Origin: Eledone cirrhosa
Lineage: Eukaryota
DNA length: 64,000 nt
NCBI GenBank assembly: GCA_964016885.1
Contig: OZ024740.1
Span: forward strand, 392,956,001 to 393,020,000
Direction of reading: 5' to 3'
Position 1 is the first letter of the stretch, and every line of letters starts with the position of its first letter. Position numbers and translations under genes: made by a program. A model generated the notes under the pieces. That model worked only from the letters and a program-made list of their open reading frames with translations. It made no database searches and was not told where the DNA came from. Positions 34,020 to 47,420 of the stretch are shown here, in pieces.

Positions 34020-37000
34020 GTGACAACCTTTTTTATTTTATTTACCCTCTCACCTGCATTCCACTTTACCAATGCCCACTTTCATTTCCTACTCCATCTT
34101 TAACTATGTCTTTTTGTTCTTCCTATATCTCCTCCTACATACATTTACATCACTCCTCTTACCCAGTCACTTTCATCCTTCCTTAACACATGACAATCTA
34201 TTTCCATTTTTCTTCACAACATTTATCTTCCCAATATCCTCTGCAATTCATTGTTTCTATTCTTCTTCCATACATGCATTCTTATACATTTTCATCTCTA
34301 TTCTGACCAACCATTCCTTTATTTGTAAATCTCTCAATGCCCATGTCACTACTTCACATGAAACCCTATTGAGGCTTTCTCCAGATTAACAAGCAAAAAA
34401 CTAATTCTTCTCTTCTCAAACTACTGTAATTGCCTCAATAAAAATTGCATCTATCATTCCTTTTTCTGACACAAATCCAAATTGTATTTCATCAAACCTC
34501 ATTTTTTTGCTTGTCCTCTTCTCTAACACTCTTTTCAATACCTTCATTCCATGTTCCAATAACTTAATTGCTCTATACAAGCCATAATCAAAAGAATCAC
34601 CTTTGCTATTGTACAGAGAGATGATAATACTCAATTCCTAATCTACTTGAATATGGTCTTTCACACCAACCTTCAAATCTGTCATCCTCTTCACACAACA
34701 GCTTCCGGCTGCCTTTAACATATCTCTCACAACGCCTGTTGGCCCTCTTGCCCTTCCATTCTTCATCGTACTCAGTGCTTCAACTTCTTCCTCAGCTATT
34801 TCCTCAGCCAGTTCGAGAACTGGATTGCTCTCTAAATTGCCATATCAATCATTTTCCTTATTCAGCAATCTCTCCATATATATATCTTCCAATTTTTTTC
34901 TTAACTCTATTAGTCTACAACAAATTCTCCCACTTCATCCTTCAAGCAGTTCACCCCTTTTACATCACATCTCTCTTGCTCTCTCTCTAACTGCCATGTA
35001 ATCATCAATACCTCTCTCCAACCCTCCTCTAAATCCATTCCTTCTCTAAACATTCTTCTGTCTGCCTCGTGTGGTCTTGTCACTTTTTTCTCTTGGCTGC
35101 CTTGTAATCCAGATGAGCTGTCTCTCCTCCTACCTTTTACCTTCAGATCACAAACAACTAGATGGTGCTCTGTAACAACCTTCTTTCATGGGATTATTTT
35201 TTGTATCACAAAGGTTTCTCCTATTTCGTCCACATACCATCAGGTAGTTAACAGCTAACAACCCACTTGATGTGTACATAACAAGTTTCTGAAATTGGGT
35301 GTTACAGATTGACATCTTAACTCCATCAACAAATTCTCAAATCCTTTAACCCTTTTCATTTCCCATACTTAAACACAACGTAAACATACGTAAACACGTA
35401 AGCACATACGTAAACACAAAAGCCTTCCCTAGTGAGGAATGTACATCCCAACATAGCTTAGTTGTCAGCGACCTCACGGTCAGAACTAGACGAGCCCTGA
35501 AACAGAGGCCAACCTGGAGAAGAAAGATCTGGAAGCTGAAAGTCCCCTCAACCAGTAACAGATTTAAAGATATTTTACTCAACGCCTACGACAGTAAAGA
35601 AGAACAGATAGAGACATTTAACGTAGAAGAGAACTGGGAGTTCCTAAAAAATAACTTACTAGAGGCGACGGATGAGGTTTGTGGCTGGAGTAAGACCTCA
35701 AGCAGGAGGAGAGTGACTTGGTGGTGGAACAATAAGGTAGATGAAGCAGTCAAGGCCAAGAGACAGGCATGGAAAGAATGGAAGAACGGGGGGAGCAGGG
35801 TACATTACATAGAGACCAAGAGGGAAGCTAGGCGACGAGTATACTTAGCTAGGAGGGAAGCAGAGGATAGAAAATTCAAGCATGTTTTACAACGTGAGGA
35901 CCAGAAACAGGAGGTATTCAAGATTGCGAGGCAGTGTGTCAGAGATAGTTGTGATGTCATTGGAGAGAAGTGTATCCGGAATGATAAAGGTGAGCTTGCC
36001 CTCACAAGTGCTGAGAAGAAAGATGCATGGAAGAGTCATTATGATAGATTACTAAATGAGGAGAATGCATGGGAAGAAGAGACCCTACCCCACGTAGACC
36101 CTATAGAGGGACCAGCAGTACAAGTCAGCGGCAGCGTAGTAAGTAAGGCAATCAGAGATATGAAGATAGGGAAGGCAACCGGTCCATCGGGTATAGCTGC
36201 CGAGATGCTGAAGGCATCTGGGTCTGTAGGTCACACTATAACCACACGTATCGTTAACCAGGTAATACTAGAGGGGGCCATACCAAAAGATTGGTGCAGT
36301 AGCATCATTGTCAACTGCTACAAAGGTAAAGGCGATGCACTAGATAGAGGAAACTATAGAGGTATAAAGTTGATGGACCAGGTCATGAAAGTAACAGAAA
36401 GAGTTATAGCACAGCTGATTAGGGACCAGGTGAATATAGACGAGATGCAATTTGGGTTTGTACCAGGGAAAGGCACCACTGATGCCCTCTTCCTTGTGAG
36501 GCAATTACAGGAAAAGTACCTAGCTAAAAGTAAGCCACTCTACTTGGCATTTGTCGACCTTGAGAAAGCCTTTGACAGAGTTCCACGTGCAGTAATCTGG
36601 TGGGCTCTTAGAAAACTAGGAGTAGATGAATGGCTTGTGAAAGCGGTACAAGCCATGTATAGGGGAGCAGTCAGCAAAGTTAGGATTGGCAATGAGTATA
36701 GCGAGGAATTTAGCGTACAGGTTGGGGTCCACCAGGGCTCTGTTCTTAGCCCTCTCCTGTTCATCATAGTCCTGCAGGCAATAACGGAGGAGTTTAAGAC
36801 CGGATGCCCATGGGAACTCCTGTATGCTGATGACCTCGCACTCATAGCTGAATCTATGGTAGAACTAGAGAATAAATTCCAAACCTGGAAGCAGGGACTA
36901 GAGAGAAAGGGCCTCAAAGTCAACATGACAAAGACTAAGGTCCTTATAAGTAGACGAGAAAACAGAACCCAGATCCCCTCAGGGAAATGGCCTTGCTCAG

Positions 37001-38540
37001 TATGTAGGAAAGGTGTAGGTAGGAACTCCATTCTCTGCCCCAAATGCAAACAATGGGTACACAAGAGATGTAGCGGGATCTCAGGAAGCTTAATTAAGAA
37101 TGTAGGATTCACATGCAGCAGCTGTGCTGAAACAGCAAGCAAACAGCCACAGGAAACAAGTACCACCAATCTCTGGGAGGGCCCTGTAGAAACAGTAGAC
37201 AGCTTCTGCTACCTAGGTGACCGAATTAGCAACGGAGGTGGGTGCTCAGAAAGTACAATAACTAGGGTAAGAACAGGATGGAAGAAGTTTAGGGAACTAC
37301 TACCACTGCTAGCTGCAAAAGGCTTCTCCCTCAGAATGAAAGGCAGACTGTATGATGCGTGTATCCGAACAGCGATGTTGCATGGTAGTGAGACCTGGGC
37401 GCTGAAGGTGGAAGACTTACGTAGATTAGAGAGAAACGAAGCCTGCATGCTCCGATGGATGTGTAACAGTAATATACGTGAACGACAAAGCATAAAGGAA
37501 TTGAGAGAGAGACCGAGCATAAGAGGAATCAAATGCTGCATGCAGGAGAGGCGGTTACGCTGGTATGGACATGTGATGCGTATGAAGGATGACAGCTGCA
37601 TAAAAAGGTGCAGAGCACTAGAAGTTGATGGAAACCGCGGAGTGGGGAGACCCAAGATGACTTGGGATGAGGTGATAAAAGCCGACCTTACCCAACTACA
37701 CCTCTCAAAGTCAATGACACACGACCGTGACTTCTGGCGTCACGCAGTAATACAGGGTACCCGACCTCCCATGGGTACATGCTGAAGCATATAAACAATA
37801 TGCCCCCCCCCCCCCTCCACCCCCACCGCAAGGTGGTCGTGGAGGTGCCACGGCAAAAAAGCACCCAGCCCACACTGTAAAGTGGATGTGTAGGCGCCAC
37901 GAAAAGGCACCCAGCACTCACTGTAAATGAGGTTGGTGTTAGGAAGGGCATCCAGCTGTAGAAATCAAGCCAGATCAGTTCCTGTATGAGCAAGGCATGG
38001 TCAGCCGACCAGACACTGCCCACAACAGGACAACCCGTCTAACCCATGCTAGCGTGGAAGAACGGACGTAAAACGGTGATGATGATGATACTGTACTTGT
38101 AGCCTGCATGCACACCCTCAAAACCATCCATACTCTTTCCCACATGTTCATTTAAATCCCCTCCTATCGTCATAACTTCCTTTTCAATCATTTTCTTTAT
38201 TGCCCACCAAAACTTGTCTATTTCTTCAACACTCTGACTTGCCTGAAGGTCAGATCCTAAAATGTTCTCCAAGAATTTTCCAATCAATAGATTAACCCTC
38301 ATTGACCATTCACTCACTCTTGTCATACTCACTACATTTACAAACTCTACAGAAATCAGACACTGTCACCATGCACAATCTCTGGACATATTACCAAATA
38401 AACTTGTACCTTTTGTCCTTGTTTTCCTCACACCATTCTTGTGCCATTTCCTTTCCATCTTGTCTTCTATACACAACATATGTCCACTCTTCTTTTATTC
38501 ACTGCATCTACTTCTTCTCCTGATGTCTATTTAATGTCAA
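34020..38540 (-). mobile_element. Old RTE LINE (34020-35369 and 38088-38540) interrupted by RTE copy C
   Basis: YRAIKLLEHGMKV...IQFGF on the left; IGGDLNEHVG..GFEGVHAG on the right; continuity across a duplicated ATACT. Confidence 0.85.
35370..38087 (+). mobile_element. 5'-truncated young RTE (copy C), nearly identical to copy A
   Basis: Homology starts at 35409 (= 12712 of copy A); open 690-aa RT+PHD frame 35713-37785; (GAT)n tail; 5-bp TSD ATACT 35365-35369 / 38088-38092. Confidence 0.95.
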
Positions 38541-38916
38541 ATCTTCACAAATGTTTCGTTTGAAAACCATTGAACATATCCAATATATATTTCCATAAAA
38601 AATGTGTAAAAAAAAACAAAGAAAAAAGGAAAATGTTATACCTCACTCAACTGACTTAGTCTATGTTGTAGAAAATAAATATTGTAGAGTTACAGTTCAT
38701 CAGTGGAGAGCAGCAAGGCTTCTGTATAACTAACAAATGTTTTATTGTAGAGAAGAAGAATACTACTGTTATTTATCTTCAAGATTGGTTACAAGATTTT
38801 GATTGATTTAACTAATTGTAAACTCTTCTCAAGTGGTTTTGTGGCTCAACAAAATATATCATAATTACATTAAAGAGGTTTGTCTGTCTGCGTATTTATA
38901 TATATATATATATATA

Positions 38917-39249
38917 TAAAGTAGCAAGGAACAAAGTCAATGTACCATATATATAAATTTTATTGACATTTACAATCGTTTCAATATCGATCAGCTCAAA
39001 GTACAATCATAATAACTGGGTCCCTTGACATCTCATCAGATATGCGAGTTTGTATGTGCCAAAACACATTCAAACAGCTTGAATACATTTTTGTATATAT
39101 AAACTCACATATCTGATGAGATGTTAAGGCAGAGTCGGGCCCTGATCATTATGATTGTACCCTGAGCTGATCAATATTGATATGATTGTAATATGCCAAT
39201 AAAGTTTATATATATGGTGTAACATTGACTTTTATCCTGCTTGCTTTTA
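38917..39249. mobile_element. Fold-back pair of PLE-type pLTRs, each with a hammerhead motif, next to (TA)n
   Basis: Long imperfect inverted repeat; minus arm catat-CTGATGA-gatgtc...gatatt-GAAA-cgattg-TA; plus arm CTGATGA...GATA-tgattg-TA-atatg. Confidence 0.72.
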
Positions 39250-40382
39250 TTTACACTCTCTACACTACAGCTGCTTTAACTCTGGAATACATCCCCAAAT
39301 GAGACAGACCATTGTAACAGTATCAAGTGCTTAGAACAGTGAACCGCCTGTAACTGTAGTTACATACTTACCTAACACAAACACACGCACACACAATGAA
39401 AATATTTAATAAAAACTAAAATTTGTTGCTATGAATCATGAATGACAATGTTTGATTTAATGAACAAAAAGAAAACCCTTCAATATTTGTAGAAATCACA
39501 TTACATCCATTTGATTAGGTAAAAAGAAGAAGAAAAACAATTAAACAAGATTACATTTTATATATATGCATATGCCTGTGATCATTTGTGTGCTGCTGTT
39601 GATTAGTTCCAAGCTAGCTCTGATTGAGCAGACCTATGATGGTTTTCCATCTGTGATCATTGTATCTTTTACATAGTGTATGTAGGATTAAATTACCCGA
39701 TATATCCTTCAATGTATATGTTTAGTCTGGGAGGGACTTGATCCTATTCAGGGCTTCAGACACTTGTGGGAGGGAAAAACATAACTTCAAACTGAAGACC
39801 TGGCTCATATGCTTGCAACTGTGGACTCTGCTAAATGTATCGAAGTGATGATGATGGAGAATGAGGTTATACTACATACTAATACCTCTAAGAATTGATA
39901 ACTTATGTTTATAGAGTAAAGATTTATTATATTAATTGGAAGATTCAATACTTCATTTTTACTAGTGGTTTACATCCCAGGTTAGGAATATTCAGACTAA
40001 GCTAGCCTGAAGATTATTGAACTGGGATTAAATCACTATGGGTATTGAACTTTTCAAATTTTCATACCTCACTGTGTGTAGTGGATTCATCATAGTTTGA
40101 GAATCTACAGACTAGTATAAAGAGTCCCAAATTGGGATGGAACCCCCTCTAACTGTAAGGTGTTGAACTGATCAGTTATCATTACATATATGAAATATAG
40201 TAGCTCTCAACAATAATGAGCTGCCAAATTAATTGTGTTGTTCATTTATTATGTATATCATATTGAATTTGGGTTTTACAAACTGCTACAATTTCCTTTA
40301 CATAAAATGGTAATAAAAATAATGAATTAACTATTTATACACGCATATATATATATACATTCATACATATGTACAGGCATAA

Positions 40383-40880
<498 letters not shown>

Positions 40881-41099
40881 TTTTTGTTTTGTTTTTATCA
40901 CAGTTCCACGGATTATTTGGTTCCAAGTAGGTATTGCTGTAATGTCATGATCTGCAACCAGTGTTTGTTTTGTTATAACTTATTGTTGTTGTTGTTGCTG
41001 TGGTGCAATTTATTGTAAATGTTTACACTTCTGCTCAATGGTGTTTGCTGGCTGAGGAATGCATACTGTTTGCTTTGCCATTTCTATATATGTTTAAGC

Positions 41100-41129
<30 letters not shown>

Positions 41130-41130
<1 letters not shown>

Positions 41131-41340
41131 GGATTGGCAGTATCGTAGGGGGTTGGACACCATTCTTTGCAGTATAGAGGTACGGCCCTTTACAGTCTAA
41201 GTTCAAATCCCGCCAAGGTCAACTTTACCTTTCATCCTTACTGAGTTGATAAAATAAAGTACCAGTAACGTACTGGGGTTGATTTAATCGACTTTCCCCT
41301 CCCCTTCAAATTGCTGGCCTTGTGCCTAAACTAAAAACAA
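41130..41340 (+). mobile_element. Nin/Deu-domain SINE inserted in (TTA)n
   Basis: ggattggcagt...gttcaaatcc head, conserved domain, (ATT)n both sides. Confidence 0.82.
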
Positions 41341-41358
41341 TTATTATTATTATTATTG

Positions 41359-41605
41359 ATTTCTAGTATAGGCACAAGGCCAGTAAGTTGGGGGAGGGGA
41401 AAGTTAATTAAATCACCTCCAGTACGTTACTGGTACTTTATTTTATCGACCCTGTAAGGATGAAAGGCAAAGTTAACCTCAGCGGGATTAACTTTGCCTT
41501 TCATCCTTACGGGGTCGATAAAATAAAGTACCAGTAACGTACTGGGGTCGATTTAATTGACTTTCCTCTCTCCCCAAATTACTGGCCTTGTGCCTATACT
41601 AGAAA

Positions 41606-41606
<1 letters not shown>
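41359..41606. repeat. Head-to-head inverted dimer of a 5'-truncated SINE
   Basis: Arms 41359-41476 and 41488-41606, 11-nt loop cctcagcggga. Confidence 0.88.
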
Positions 41607-41636
<30 letters not shown>

Positions 41637-41835
41637 TATTAATTGTTGTTGTTTTCGTTAATCCCACTACTCAATCCCTTATGCAAATCTACTGTCGATC
41701 TTGCTATAGTCTTCAGTACACTGTTGTAATGCAATGTGAGTGATGGCATGTCTTTTTTGTTGTTTACCATTGTCTGTAAGTATGTCTATCTGTTTTCCCC
41801 TCTCCTTTTTTTTTAAATTTTATTTTTTTGTTTAG

Positions 41836-41996
41836 TTTGTTCGTCCAAGTCCAGTTACTCTTCTCTGCTTGCTACTACTACTACCACCACTACTAGTGAT
41901 ACCACCTGTACTACTACTACTACCACCTCCACTTTTGACACCGTCTGTACTACTACTACTACTCCTACTACTATTACTACTACTACCACTACTACT
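41836..41996 (+). CDS. Candidate SNX13 linker exon, Thr-rich and (ACT)n-derived
   Basis: T-rich tract + tttag acceptor, ACT|gtaagt donor, 161 nt, stop-free, phase 1 to 0 as required; no homology support and other candidates exist. Confidence 0.3.
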
Positions 41997-44900
41997 GTAA
42001 GTGCATCTTTAAAAGCTTACTTTAAATTGTTTCACCCTTCACATAGCCCCGTGGCCCTAATTAGTATAATTAGTTCTTGTTTTCACAGCTTTCATTATCT
42101 CCACATAGAAATTGCTTGCCACTAGTTTACAATCACTGAAAACTTAGTAATTATTGTGAAACACTTTCACGTCTAACATAATAACAATAAGGAGATACTC
42201 TATGTGGTTGTTTGACCTGCTAGGAATATCAGTTAAATGTTTCTCAAACTGCACATTATCTTCTTGAAAAAGAATACATTGATAATGGGATCCCAGGTAT
42301 ACTAACTATTCTTGAAGAAAAGCAGGATGGTCTTAGCTTGAATATCATTGGTCAGAGGGCTGATTTAGGGGCCTAACAACAGCATTTCTTATCATTTGCT
42401 ATTATATATAATATTTAAAATAAGAATATCCAAATCCCCTAAAGAAAAGAAAAAAAAATGTATTTGTTTGATCTAAATAGATCCAGAATCAAACAATTCC
42501 TGATCAAAGGCATTCCTGATCTAAGGAAAGGAGAAAAAAGAAAAGAAGCAAAGGAGCCCTCATTAAATGAGACAGTGTTTTCATTGGTCTTTCATTGTTG
42601 ATACTATCTGCCAGATGCAACTGGCAAAAGGAGGCAGCATTTGAACTCAGAATGTACAGAGCTGAATCAGATAAGGACTCATTAGCATATCCATCAATCC
42701 ACTACCCCTGGACTGGTACTCTGACTCTGCAAATTGGTTGACTTGTTAGAACATAGAGCAAAATGCCATGAAGTATTTGTTTTGATTCAATGCACTCTGA
42801 GTTTATCCCTTCGGTGTTAATAAAATAGAGTACTAGAAGTTTAGCGCATCAGACAAGATGCCTTGCAGCATATGTTCTAGTTCTTTACATTCTGACTTCT
42901 TGGGTGATAGATTAATCTTTTGCCAGTGTTACTACCATGTTTTCGGGTTCCTTACGCAAATTTCATTCTGTTGCAAACATTCAGCCCAAGTTTCCAATTT
43001 AAGGATAACTTCCTTCCTACTTACCAAGTGCTGGTCTTCCATCTCTGACTAAATGGTTTAAAGTTAAAACTGATTATCCTCTACTTTTGTATATCCAGGA
43101 CCCCATTGTCCAATGTGCATTACCTTTTTGATTTGAGAGAGGTTTGATTGCTATGTTTTTCAGGGTTTTGCAAGCACAAAGCAGGTCCCATATTGGTTTA
43201 ATTAATCATCTGACAACTTGTTCAGTTTAAATTTAATTTATGGTCAGTGATTGGCAACCTATATGATGCATAATACCAAATAAACTAATAATCTGTATGT
43301 ATTGACTTACCAAATATTATTTATTTGTAAACTGTGACTTTTCAATATTCCATATAAGATCTCTCTAGATTCCTAGAATTGACCTTTTAATTTGCTTCTG
43401 AAAATGAAACAAAACAGTTTTAGTTGTAGGGATATCTCATATGATTTTCACCAGAGAGGATTTTATCTATACCAAGAGTTTGCCGATTCCTGATTTATTG
43501 AGATACACAAGTACATTATTCACTGTTAAATTATCACATTAAATCATTATTTTACAATATTGATATTGTATAAAGATTAGTTGTAATGGGGTTACATAAG
43601 TAAAATAGCTTACTAATTACAAACCAGTTATATACACTGTTGGTTTACTTAGGAACATCTCTGTAATATATAGTTGTTATCATCATCACCATCATCATCT
43701 ATTTGTTGTTATTGAGTTTTATTAACCCAAAATGGGTTGTTGATGTACTACTTTGTTTTCAAGTAGTGTATCAAGAATTAGTCAACCTGATAGAGTACAT
43801 GATAAACTCTCTTTCTCTCTCTCCTTGTCTGTCTCTGTTTCTCACTCGCTTTCTACCTCCCTGTCAATCTCTGGTTCTCTCTTTCTTTCTCTCCAAGTTA
43901 TTAACTTCAGTCAGATATTGTGGGTACATGTATGAAGGAGAAAGTAAAACGACTCATCTAGGAAATGATTTCATTTGTAACTGATAATTTCAGGTAGTGG
44001 TTGTGATTTGAGTTTGTTTTGTGGCTTTTTGTCTTTTCTTGTTTTAATAGTATTAATTGGCGTATATTTATTTATGCATATGTCTGTATGTATTATTTCA
44101 GATTATTCCACTTTTTTGGTATTACCATTGAAGCGTAGAATATTCAAATATTTTTTTTTTTACTTTTATCAATATTTCAATGTTCTATATATCACCTTTA
44201 ATGTTTTTTGGGTTACTAATAGTATTATGATAATATTTATCAGTAGTAGTACAACATAAATTTATACATATTTCTGAGTTTAAATCCTATTTATGGTTAT
44301 CTTTGTATTTCATCCCCTCTACAGTTAATAAAATAAGTATCAGTGATTTCTTGAGAGCTAGTTCAATTGCCTATGCTCTTCACTTGCATATTTATGAATA
44401 TGTGTTCCTATTAGTAATTGTCATAATCATCTTTTCATCATGGTCATTCTTCTTATTATTATTTGTAATTCAAGAATGTGTTGTTTGGAAATTGAGTCTT
44501 GATTATTAAAACTAAGTAATGAATCTCATAATATGTTTAAATTTAAGGGGAAAAGAAACAAAAACAATGTAGTAAAAGAAAGAGATGAATAGTATTTTTG
44601 TCCTTTATTTTTATTTATTTTTTTTTTTTGTAAGAAAAGAAGTTGTATTGAATTTACTGCAGTTTCAGCCATTTTAAAGCTCTCCCCAGAGTTCATTTAC
44701 CTCTAGTCACTGTGATGCTGAACAGAAACATTTCACAGCTATACAGAAAATGCTTCTTAGCTCACACAGCATGTGATTTGTGTTAGTTTGACAACCATTA
44801 AAAAATTCAAACATTCCTCAAATTCAGTTTATCAGAGTGTAGTTTATACATCTAAAACATTATGGTAATGCAGTTTCAGGCATTATTTGTTTAACACCAT

Positions 44901-45949
44901 TTGTTATAGTGCTAGGTTGGTATCAAAAGGTTTAAAACTTCATGATAATGAAGTTTCAGACATGTTTTTTTAACCCTGTCATCTCCATATTTTTAGTAAA
45001 AATATACTGTGTTTGTGTTTTAATTATTAAAATAATCAATGAAAGGTTTAGTGAAATAATTTTCAATTTAATAATAAAAAAAAAGAAGACATATTTAACT
45101 CATGAAGTCTAATAGTATCTTATTATAAATAATGAGATTTGAGTCCAAAGTTTAAACTCAAATTTGAACCCTTTAAGAGAGTTTTGGGTAGGTTGGTATT
45201 TGAAGGCTTAACCCATTTATCACATCCTTCTTTGATCTGTATTTTTAATCAGCACAATATTGATCACAGTTCAATAATTTTTGATGAGGGCTTAAAATAA
45301 TCTGAAACTGCAGTACATTCGATATTCATACTCAGCTGCCAAGAACTTGGGATATGCATCTAGAAAGACTATGTACAGGTTAAACGTAAATTAACTTTAG
45401 TATACCGATTAAAAACATTCACACTTTATTGGTGTTTAATAAGAAATAAACTGATGTTAGCTTATGTTCTTGTTTGCCAAATTATTATTGCTTATTTTTC
45501 TTCATTTATAAAATTTGAATATTTTAAGTTACTAGTCAATAAAGTGTCACTTAAATTTCTTTGTTAATCTTCGTTTTAAATATTTCCTGTTAATTTAATG
45601 AAAAACTGTGCTGACACGTGAAAACCTTGCTTGACTAAGGGTTGAGATGTTTGGCCATTATTTGTGTGATTAATTTATGAAACTAGTTTTTTTTTTTATA
45701 TTGAGGTTGGGGTAGCAATAATCAACTATATATGACATAGCATTTTGTTCAAATAGTCAACAAACTAAAAATATTGGATGTAGTCTATTTTTTCAAAATT
45801 TAGTTTTTAAGTTTTAAATGCTCAGTTGAGCTTTATTTTTAAGTGTTCTCTTTATATAATGGACATATAGCATCATTATCACTATTTCATTCAGGGTCTG
45901 TTTTCTTGTACTTGCATGGGTTAGACAGGTTTTCTCATCTATATATGTT

Positions 45950-47420
45950 GCCTCACATTTTGTCTCCTAGGTATCTCCCCTATATTCCTCACAAAGTCCA
46001 CAACCCTAAATCCCTCAGTGGTTCACTTGCAGCAGTACTACAGCTGCACAAGCGAAGAACACTGTGTGCAACACTTCAAAGAATTCACCTACCACTGCAA
46101 CATCTGCAAGATGACCATCAGAAAGGCAAAGGATAATCCATGCATTGCACATCCTGCAAGCAGCTCTCATGCTTCCCAAATTGCAGCTGGGCCTTTTGGT
46201 CTTTTGCTAAGAGGGTATCTACAAACGTTGCAGAATTCTTCTACCTGCCTCTCCTCAACCGTGATGGCTCTGTAAGTAGCACTTGTACTGATAAATCAAC
46301 TGCATTTGCTGCTTGTTTTGCTTCTAACTTCACAAGGTACACATGCAACAAATTCCTTACAAATTTTCTTCTCCATTCTACTGTCACCAATTGTGATAAC
46401 TTTTCCATTTATTGTAACTTACCAAGGCAATCATTAAACCATTCTATTATCCTCAAAGAGTGAACCTGAACTAGCTCCTAGATTCAGTAAACTCTTCACC
46501 CCCTCCTCTCTTTACATAAAATTATCCTCCATCAAAACAAATGACAGTGTCCCATTTCCAAGAAGGGCAGCCTTTCTGGTTTTGCCTGCTACCACTGTCA
46601 TCATCTTAAAGGCAAGGGAACAGTAATGTTCTTGAATTTTGTATCAACACAACCTTTGAATATATCTTAGCAAAATTGCTCATCTATGGGAATACCTTAT
46701 CTTTTAGATTTGAAGTTTCCCATGGTATTGCTTCACTGTATCTAACACATGCTGACTTACTTTAATAGACCTTAAAATTCCCTTCCAAATGGTACATGAT
46801 AACCTGGTTTTCTTCACCAAAGACACAATTACTGCACATAACAAGCAATGCCTTGTATTGCTCTATCATGAAGAACACAGCAGAAACTTTCAAAGTTGAT
46901 ACAAATGTTAAGCCTCACAATCTCTGATGTCTTTCTTTGCATCACTAAAACTTTATCCCAGATACTGGGCTCTCATTTCAAAGCCAGAAAATATTTGTGC
47001 TTTCTCTTTCTTCAGTAGCTGATTCCCTAAAAAACTCAAATCTGACCCATATTAAAGTACTGCTCAATTATTTGTGTTGGTATTGATGCTACACATGAAC
47101 ATTCTAAACTGTATCCAAAACATGCTTATTCAGCTCATAGTCAAAGACATTTTCTCACCAACATGCCTCAAGCTTATATGGACACTGATTCTGCATCTTC
47201 TACTGCTATTGCAACACAGCCTATGCTCCTCTTAGTGAGCAAGTTTGAAACTAAAACCTACCAAACCCACCCAATACACCTGTCTCTCCTCCTTCGTTCA
47301 TTTCATTTCTGTGTCTCACCTTCCACACCCTCAGTGAACATTTTGATCAATCCATCCTTTTTAGGGATTCACTTTTGGTCTACATTTATCCTGTAGATGT
47401 GAATCTACAGAAGTTATCAG
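45950..47420 (+). mobile_element. Heavily degraded CR1/Jockey-group LINE remnant
   Basis: FWSFAKRVS...LPLLNRDGS...KSTAFAACFASNF pattern of the APE-RT linker. Confidence 0.55.

Noticed and set aside
43703-43984. 93-aa ORF with an acceptor-like site as candidate SNX13 linker exon
   Set aside because: Runs through a CT-rich repeat, has no convincing donor and shows no SNX13 similarity.
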